Source: an uncultured Nitrososphaerota archaeon
GTDB taxonomy: Archaea; Thermoproteota; Nitrososphaeria; Nitrososphaerales; Gagatemarchaeaceae
Assembly (NCBI GenBank): GCA_963718895.1
Contig: CAVRAG010000001.1
Span: 1-64,000 of the forward strand
Length of the DNA stretch: 64,000 bases
Reading direction: 5' to 3'
The translations under genes were made by a program, and so were the position numbers. Below, in pieces: positions 57,546 through 64,000 of this stretch. The first letter of the stretch is position 1, and the number at the start of each line of letters is the position of its first letter. Below the pieces are notes generated by a model. The model saw only the letters and a list, made by a program, of their open reading frames with translations, ran no database searches and had not been told where the DNA came from.

Positions 57546-58760
57546 TCAGCCAAAGGCTTCGAAGTCCGTTCCCAGGACGGAGACGGCGATCTTCTGCTCA
57601 AGAATCTCGTCGGTCCCCTCGTAGATCCTGCACACCCTCGTGTCGATCAGGTGCCGACCGGGCCTATTCTCCAGGGAGTATCCGTTCGCCCCGAAGACCT
57701 GGACGGCGCGGTTGGCTGCGTCGAATGAGGCGTTCGCCGCGAAGTATTTCGCCTTGGCGATGGCCGCGTCCGCCGCGTCCCTGATGTTCAGGTCAGCCGG
57801 CTGCTCCTGGTGCTTCTGGCGGAGGACTGCTGCGTGTATCGTCAGCCACCTGGCAGCCTCGAGGTTCACGGCCATGATTCCGATGTGCCTCTGGACGAGC
57901 TGATGCTTCCCGATCAGCTTCCCATGCTGCACCCTGATGCCAGAGTAGCGAGCCGCCTCATCGAGACAGTCGCGGATGACCCCCACGCATCCCGCGGCGA
58001 CGCTCAGCCTGCCGCTCATCAGAGCGGAGTAGGCGACCGAGAGCCCCTTCCCTGCGGGACCGAGCAGGTTCTCCCTCGGGACTTCGCAGCCGTCCAGGAA
58101 GATCGCGGCCGTGTCCGACGAGTAGAGCCCCATCTTGTTCTCTATCCCTTCGGCGGAGAACCCGGCCGTTCCCTTCTCGACTAAGAACGCACACATCCCT
58201 TCATTCCTCCCCTTCGGGTTCGCGAAGATGATCGCTGTGTCGGCTATCGAGCCGTTCGATATCCACATCTTCTGGCCGCTGAGGATGAACCCGTCCCCCT
58301 TCTCCTCGAAGTTGGTCCTCAGGGAGCGCGGGTCGCTCCCCGCCTCAGGCTCGGTGAGGCCGAACGCGAGGATCTTCTCTCCCCTGGTTCCAGGAGTCAG
58401 GTACCGCTCCCTCTGCCGCTCATCGCCCCATTTCTGGACCGTGAGCATCCCGAGAGATGTGTGCCCCGAGAAGAACGTCCGAACGCCAGTCCCTTCCCTG
58501 CCTATCCTCTCGATGGCAAGGGCGTAGGTGACCATGTCGACGCCCTGTCCGTCCCCGTACCTTCTGGATATCGGGAGGCCCAGCAGGTGCGCCTCGCCGA
58601 AGAGCCTGGGAACCTGACCGTCGAAGCGGTGCTCCAGGTAGCAACTGTCTTCGACAGGTCTTATCTCCCTGCAGACCCGGTCCACCTGCTCCAGGAGGAG
58701 CTCCTGCTCCTCGGTCAGCCCGAGCTCGAACTTCGAGATGTCCGCGAAGTCGCCGGACAG
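57546..58760 (-). CDS. Acyl-CoA dehydrogenase, probable CTG start
   Basis: FGLTEPEAGSD, KMWISNG, RVQHGKLIG, VQVFGANGY, IYEGTDEI; frame extends to CTG-SGDFADISKFELGLTEEQ 1 nt after the upstream stop. Confidence 0.9.
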   Translation of the reverse strand: MSGDFADISKFELGLTEEQELLLEQVDRVCREIRPVEDSCYLEHRFDGQVPRLFGEAHLLGLPISRRYGDGQGVDMVTYALAIERIGREGTGVRTFFSGHTSLGMLTVQKWGDERQRERYLTPGTRGEKILAFGLTEPEAGSDPRSLRTNFEEKGDGFILSGQKMWISNGSIADTAIIFANPKGRNEGMCAFLVEKGTAGFSAEGIENKMGLYSSDTAAIFLDGCEVPRENLLGPAGKGLSVAYSALMSGRLSVAAGCVGVIRDCLDEAARYSGIRVQHGKLIGKHQLVQRHIGIMAVNLEAARWLTIHAAVLRQKHQEQPADLNIRDAADAAIAKAKYFAANASFDAANRAVQVFGANGYSLENRPGRHLIDTRVCRIYEGTDEILEQKIAVSVLGTDFEAFG

Positions 58761-58761
58761 C

Positions 58762-59196
58762 CTAGGACCACCTTTCCTTCCTCACCCTCTCCCTGATGTG
58801 CCCGATTATCTCCTCCATCGAGGTCCCGGGACCGTAGAGGCCTGTGATCCCCAGCTCGAGGAGCTTCGGCTTGTCCTCCTTCGGGATGATCCCGCCTCCG
58901 ACCACCACGATGTCCTTCCCACCCTTCTTGTCCAGGGCCTTCTTCACCCTCGGGAAGGCCGTGAGGTGGGCCCCGTTCAGCAGCGAGAGGGCCACGACGT
59001 CGACGTCCTCGTCGACCGCCATCTGGGCCACTTCGTCGGGGGTCGGGAGAAGTCCGCTGTAGATCACCTCCATCCCGGCGTCACGGAAGGTCCTGGCTAG
59101 GACGAGGACGCCCCTGTCGTGGCCGTCGAGCCCGGGTTTGGCTACGAGTATCCTGATCTTCCTCGACGTTAGGGAGGTCTTCGGTCTGGGCATCAT
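58762..59196 (-). CDS. B12-binding small subunit of acyl-CoA mutase
   Basis: KPGLDGHDRG (DxHxxG), SLLNGAH, GGIIP, GPGT. Confidence 0.93.
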   Translation of the reverse strand: MMPRPKTSLTSRKIRILVAKPGLDGHDRGVLVLARTFRDAGMEVIYSGLLPTPDEVAQMAVDEDVDVVALSLLNGAHLTAFPRVKKALDKKGGKDIVVVGGGIIPKEDKPKLLELGITGLYGPGTSMEEIIGHIRERVRKERWS

Positions 59197-59269
59197 GTTT
59201 CACGGCGATAATCTGATACAAAAGTATTCCACAGTGGCGCTCTTATGCGCACTTAGCCTCAGCCTTTGA

Positions 59270-60202
59270 ATGAAGTTAGAGAGAGACCGTCTCTGCGAGC
59301 TGTACCTTAATTCGGGATTCTCCATGCCCAGCATAGCAAAGGAGCTCGGAGTCTCCAAGAGTAATATCGAATACTGGATGAAAAAGTTTGGAATTCCTAG
59401 GAGACCACTTCTTAGGTACCCTAGGGCACGTTTCGCGGGCGACTCCAGAGAGAAAGCGTACATTCTTGGTCTTCGCTACGGGGATCTGTAAGCTGCGCGG
59501 TACAAGAAAGGAATCGCAGTCGGCACAACCACCACGCATCCGGCGATGGCCGAGCTGTTCTGACTAACGTTCCGAAAATACGGCCGAATCTACATGCATC
59601 CGGTCTTCAATGGGGAGAATAATGCATACCAATGGGCCCTACGCGTCGTGGTTCATGACTCGTTTTCCTTCATCCTCGGCAAGCCTCTTGAACCGCCCAA
59701 ATGGGCGTTGGCGAATCACAACATTCTGGACTTCGTAGCTGGCTTCTTCGATGCAGAAGGATCCATTTTCATAACAACTCGAATCAGGCACAATCGATGG
59801 AGAGTCATTGAAACTTCGCTTAGTATCAGTAACACTCGAAAGGGCCTGTTGCGAGTCGTAGCCTTGCTCTTGCGCGACTATCACCCAACCGTTGAGTTAT
59901 ACCGTCGTAAGGGCCCAGACCCCTCGGCCTACCGGGGAATCCGAAAGAGGAATCAATGGAGGCTCATTATCAGGAGGCGGGTTGCTGTAGAACGACTCTT
60001 GCGGGAGTGGTCTATCAGGCATCCCGAGAAGGTCCTGAGGTCGAACATAGCATTGGCCACGCTGAGGGGACTACCATACGTCAATGTACAGAGTTCCGTC
60101 AGAAAGCTGCGGCGCCAGATTAGAAAGGAAATCGAGGCATTTGCTACTCTCGCGGCCGTTCAGAGTAGGATCAGTCATGAGCTTGCGTCGAAGCAATCTT
60201 AG
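59270..60202 (+). pseudogene. Free-standing HTH + double-motif LAGLIDADG endonuclease gene with two in-frame stops
   Basis: Single frame: HTH (SIAKELGVSKSNIEYW), motif 1 AYILGLRYGDL*, TTHP...LF*, motif 2 FVAGFFDAEGS; TAA 59489-59491 and TGA 59561-59563; AT-richer than flanks. Confidence 0.8.
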
Positions 60203-61960
60203 ATCAGGAGAGGTTCTGACCACACCCCGAAAATGTCTCTGCCCACCTGCATTATCTCGCCGAGCGTAGCGTAGGCCATCACGGCGTCCATCATCGGATA
60301 CATCGAGTTCGCATCGGGGTCCGCGTAGGCCTTGCGCAGCTTCTCTAGAAGGGACTTGACCTTGGCGCCGTCCCGCTCGTCCTTGACCTTGCGAAGCCGG
60401 TTTATCTGCCGCTTCTGGGCCCTGAAGTCTATCTTGAGGGTGTTGATCGGCGCCTCTTCCTGCAGTGGAGTACTTGTTGACGCCCACGACCGCGTCCTCG
60501 CCGCTCTCGACGCGCTTGGAGAGCCTGTAGGAGTTCTCGGCAATCTCCCTCTGGAGGTACCCGGACTTTATCGCCTTGAGCAGCCCTCCGGCGCGAGTCT
60601 ATCCTCTCGAAGTACCTGTACGCCTCGTCCTCGAGCTTCTCGGTCAGCCACTCGACATAGTACGAGCCTCCGAGCGGGTCTATCACGCTCGGTCACCCCG
60701 GTCTCCTCGGCGATTATCTGCTGCGTCCGGAGCGCCACCTGGACAGCCTGCTCGGTGGGGAGCGCCCACGCCTCGTCGAAGGAGTTGGTGTGGAGGGACT
60801 GCGTGCCCCCGAGCACCGCGGCCAGCGCCTCGAGGGCGGTCCTGACGACGTTGTTGTAGGGCTGCTGCCATGTGAGCGAGGCGCCCGAGGTCTGGGTGTG
60901 GAACCTCATCAGGAGGCTCCTGGGGTTCTTCGCGCCGTACTTCTCGCGGAGGACGGTCGCCCATATCCTCCTCGCGGCCCTGAACTTGGCTATCTCCTCG
61001 AAGAAGTCCATCGTCGAGTTGAAGAAGAAGCTCAGCCTCGGGGCGAAGTCGTCGACCTTGAGCCCGGCCTCGAGCCCGAGCTCGACGTATCCGAAGCCGT
61101 CGGCGAGGGTGAACGCGAGCTCCTGGACGGCGCTCGAGCCGGCCTCCCTGATGTGATAGCCGCTGATGCTGACGTAGTTCCACTGGGGCATGTTCTTGGT
61201 GCAGTAGACCATCATGTCCCTCACTATCCGGAGGTGGGCCTCCGGAGGGTAGGCCCACTCCTTCTGGGCGATGTACTCCTTCAGCATGTCCGCCTGCACC
61301 GTCCCCTTCAGCGACTGCCAGCGGGACCCCCGTCTTCCTCGCGACCCCGGCGTACATGCAGGTCAGGACGGCGGCCGGGGCGTTGATCGTCATCGAGGTG
61401 CTGACCTTGTCGAGCGGGATCCCGCGGAAGATCGACCTCCATGTCCCTGAGCGAGGAGACGTTGACTCCGCACCTTCCGACCTCGCCGTGGGCCTTCTCG
61501 TGGTCGGCGTCGTAGCCGTAGAGCGTGGGCATGTCGAAGGCGATGCTCAGCCCCGTCTCGCCGTGCTCGAGAAGCAGCTTGAGCCTCTTGTTAGTGTCCT
61601 CGGGCGTCCCGAACCCCGAGAACATCCTCATGGTCCAGAGCCTTCCCCTGATACATCGACGGGTAGACCCCTCTCGTGTATGGGTAGACCCCAGGGAACG
61701 CGAGCTCGGAGAACGGCTGGTCCTTCACATCATCGGGAGTGTACATCGGGCTTGAGCGTTATCCCGGAGGCAGTCTGGAACTCCTTCCTCTTCGCGCCCT
61801 CCCCTGCTGAAGGTCCGAAGACGTGGGCCTGCCACTGCTGCACGCCCCTGTGCACCTCCCTGAGCGTCGCTTCGTCGAAGACCCCGCCGCTCCTCTTCTT
61901 CCCTGTGCCGAGCGACCGCGCTTTCCTCGACCAGTATGCCTCCCCGCCCGAGTTCAGCAT
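60199..61960 (-). CDS. B12-dependent acyl-CoA mutase large subunit (isobutyryl-CoA-mutase-like); several frameshifts
   Basis: [99 protein letters not shown] spread over different frames. Confidence 0.88.
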
Positions 61961-61998
61961 CGGGCGCCAAGCGAACCAGCCCACAGATAAACGATATC

Positions 61999-62673
61999 CT
62001 AGAACTCCAAGAGGCCCGTCCTGTCCTCGATCCGGGCCTGGCCCGAGTCGTCCAGGTCGACGACCAGTCGCCCCGCCTCGTCCACCCCCCTTACCACGCC
62101 AGAGACGGCCCTGCCCCCGCGGTCCGCGACGACCCTGCCTCCAGCGTTCTCGAGCATCGATGAGATTCGCGGGAGGATTTGCGGGTACATCTGCTTCACC
62201 CACCCCGAGTGCATCCACGAGAGAGAGTCGAGAACCTTCGACTCGAGCATCTCCGGGTCGACGTCCACGCCAAGGAGGTCGTGGAGCGACGTAGAGCCAG
62301 CCTTTGGGGGGTCTCGGAGGTTGATCCGGAAGTTCAGTATCACCCAGGGACGATTCGTCCCTCCGCCTTGCACCAACGAAGTAGCCGCGATCATGTCCCG
62401 GCCTGCAACCACCTCGTCGGGCCACCGCATCCACGTGATTATCCCGGTGTCCTTCCTTATGCCCTCCGAGGCACAGAAGGTGGCGATGATCGCCAGGAGG
62501 CCGCGGGGCCGGTCCGGCCTAGGCCTCAGGATGACCGAGAAGCTGAGCGACTTCCGACCCGCGGTCCCAGCCCGGATCACCGTCCCCTCCGGGGCCCCCT
62601 CGGAGGCCATCTCCATCGCGAGGGACTCTGGGTCGAGCCGCGTCTTCTTCCTCTCCCATCCAATCGACGACAA
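61999..62673 (-). CDS. Degenerate BirA/biotin-protein-ligase-like protein
   Basis: PEGTVIRA, LSFSVILRP, RWPDE, GVVRGVDEAGRLVV SH3-like tail; catalytic motifs altered. Confidence 0.65.
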   Translation of the reverse strand: MSSIGWERKKTRLDPESLAMEMASEGAPEGTVIRAGTAGRKSLSFSVILRPRPDRPRGLLAIIATFCASEGIRKDTGIITWMRWPDEVVAGRDMIAATSLVQGGGTNRPWVILNFRINLRDPPKAGSTSLHDLLGVDVDPEMLESKVLDSLSWMHSGWVKQMYPQILPRISSMLENAGGRVVADRGGRAVSGVVRGVDEAGRLVVDLDDSGQARIEDRTGLLEF

Positions 62674-62761
62674 GGGTCCCTGGTGAGGGTCCTCTTCCGG
62701 CGGATATAACGAAGGGGATTAGTTTAATTCGAGACTTCGTGCCGAGCAGGCTGGTGACGAG

Positions 62762-63718
62762 ATGGGAGAGGTGACCCTAGCCGGCCGCGTCCTGAAGGGC
62801 GACAGGAGAGCCGTGGCGCGGGCGATCACCATGGTCGAGAACGGAGAGGCATCCGCAGACCTCCTCGACACGATCGGGAAGAACACCGGGAGCGCCTTCA
62901 TCCTCGGGTTGACAGGGCCACCCGGGACCGGCAAGAGCACGCTCGTCGACAGGGTGATCTCAGAGTACAGGAACCGAAAGATCAAGGTAGGGGTAATCGC
63001 CGTGGACCCGACCAGCCCCATAACGGGGGGCGCCCTCCTCGGAGACAGGGTGAGGATGGTCCAGCATACTCTGGACAGCGGGGTCTTCATCCGCAGCATG
63101 GCGTCACGGGGATGGAGCGGGGGGCTCTCGGGCGCGGTCTCCGAAGCGATCCAGATACTCGACGCAGCCGGGATGAAGGTGGTCGTCATCGAGACCGTGG
63201 GGATCGGCCAGTCGGACATCGAGATAATGAAGATAGCCCACGCGGTCGTCGTTGTCACCATGCCGGGACTCGGGGACGACGTCCAGGTCTCGAAGGCGGG
63301 GCTCATGGAGATAGGCGACGTCTACGCTGTGAACAAGTCCGACCTTCCAGGAGCAGACGCGATGGTGATCAACCTGCTCTCGGTCGTCCGCGGCATGAAG
63401 GGTAAGAGCCCACCCGTGCTCAGGGTCTCGGCCCTGAAGGGCGAGGGCGTGGAGGCGCTCTTCGAAGCTGTGGAGGCTCTCCGCGCCAGGTTCATCTCCC
63501 CCGAGGGCAGGGAGATGCGGCTCCGCAGCGTCGGGGGGATGATAATGGAGCTCGCCAAGAGGAAGCTCCTCAGCGACTTCGAAGGCAGGGCGTCCCCAAG
63601 GTCGTCCCAGCTCGCAGCGAAGGTCGCGGACCACAAGATGACCTATGCACAGGCGGCAGGACTCCTCGTCGACAGCCAAGGGAGATATCGGGGCGCGCCG
63701 GGAGCGCGGAGGCGATAG
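62762..63718 (+). CDS. meaB: MeaB/ArgK GTPase chaperone of B12 mutases
   Basis: ARAITMVEN, GPPGTGKST, AVDPTSPITGGALLGDRVRM, ETVGIGQSD, GDDVQ..KAG.ME, NKSD. Confidence 0.92.
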   Translation: MGEVTLAGRVLKGDRRAVARAITMVENGEASADLLDTIGKNTGSAFILGLTGPPGTGKSTLVDRVISEYRNRKIKVGVIAVDPTSPITGGALLGDRVRMVQHTLDSGVFIRSMASRGWSGGLSGAVSEAIQILDAAGMKVVVIETVGIGQSDIEIMKIAHAVVVVTMPGLGDDVQVSKAGLMEIGDVYAVNKSDLPGADAMVINLLSVVRGMKGKSPPVLRVSALKGEGVEALFEAVEALRARFISPEGREMRLRSVGGMIMELAKRKLLSDFEGRASPRSSQLAAKVADHKMTYAQAAGLLVDSQGRYRGAPGARRR

Positions 63719-63719
63719 G

Positions 63720-64000
63720 ATGAACATAGCAGAGAGGCTGAGCGAATACGCGCAGTCGTTGAGCTACTCCGACCTTGGGGAGGACGTCACCCTCGAGGCC
63801 AAGAAGAGGATCATCGACAGCCTGGGGTGCGCCATCGGTGCGTTCGGAGAGGCCCCGGTGAAGATAGCGAGGAAGGTCGCCGACTCGAACCACCAGGGCG
63901 GGTCCTCGACGATCCTGGGCCTCGAGGCCAAGACGTCTCCCGATCATGGCGACCTTCGTGAACGGGCTCATGGTGAGGTACTTCGACTACAACGACACCT
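63720..64000 (+). CDS. MmgE/PrpD family (2-methylcitrate dehydratase-like), 3' truncated by window edge; indel near 63945
   Basis: Own translation MNIAERLSEYAQSLSYSDL...KKRIIDSLGCAIGA...; shifted frame MATFVNGLMVRYFDYNDT. Confidence 0.85.
   Translation, partial: MNIAERLSEYAQSLSYSDLGEDVTLEAKKRIIDSLGCAIGAFGEAPVKIARKVADSNHQGGSSTILGLEAKTSPDHGDLRERAHGEVLRLQRH

Noticed and set aside
59270-60202. LAGLIDADG as an intein or archaeal intron in the mutase gene
   Set aside because: Opposite strand, intergenic, no Cys/Ser...His-Asn splice motifs and no BHB junction found

Overview
Archaeal DNA, mostly GC-rich. The intron-containing tRNA with BHB-type junctions, the archaeosortase, TATA-like promoters and frequent TTG/GTG starts point to an archaeon; gene content suggests a heterotrophic, non-ammonia-oxidising Nitrososphaerota-like lineage (inference). 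Layout: (1) 0-6.3 kb signalling and membrane genes (GvpD/KaiC-like ATPase, receiver, Cache-type histidine kinase, CPA2 antiporter). (2) A tRNA-Lys(UUU) with two non-canonical introns (15/16 and 48/49), followed by an AT-richer, decaying accessory region (about 6.45-25.8 kb) holding toxin-antitoxin genes, an integrase remnant, TetR/PadR cassettes, an ABC exporter and a Trx-CcdA fusion. (3) A GNAT + NSAR/OSBS pair; an archaeosortase co-oriented with an NHL-repeat surface protein ending in a VPEYP sorting signal; a complete IS6 element with TIRs and an 8-bp target duplication; an MscS-HAD-GT4 operon. (4) Sugar-acid catabolism genes and a NitT/TauT ABC + amidohydrolase + LLM + RidA + M29-like catabolic cluster. 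(5) A B12 acyl-CoA mutase locus with isobutyryl-CoA-mutase signature residues, whose two subunit genes are separated by a decayed antisense LAGLIDADG gene. Many housekeeping-like genes carry single-base frameshifts that look like long-read assembly errors. All family calls come from motif recognition by eye, not database searches.
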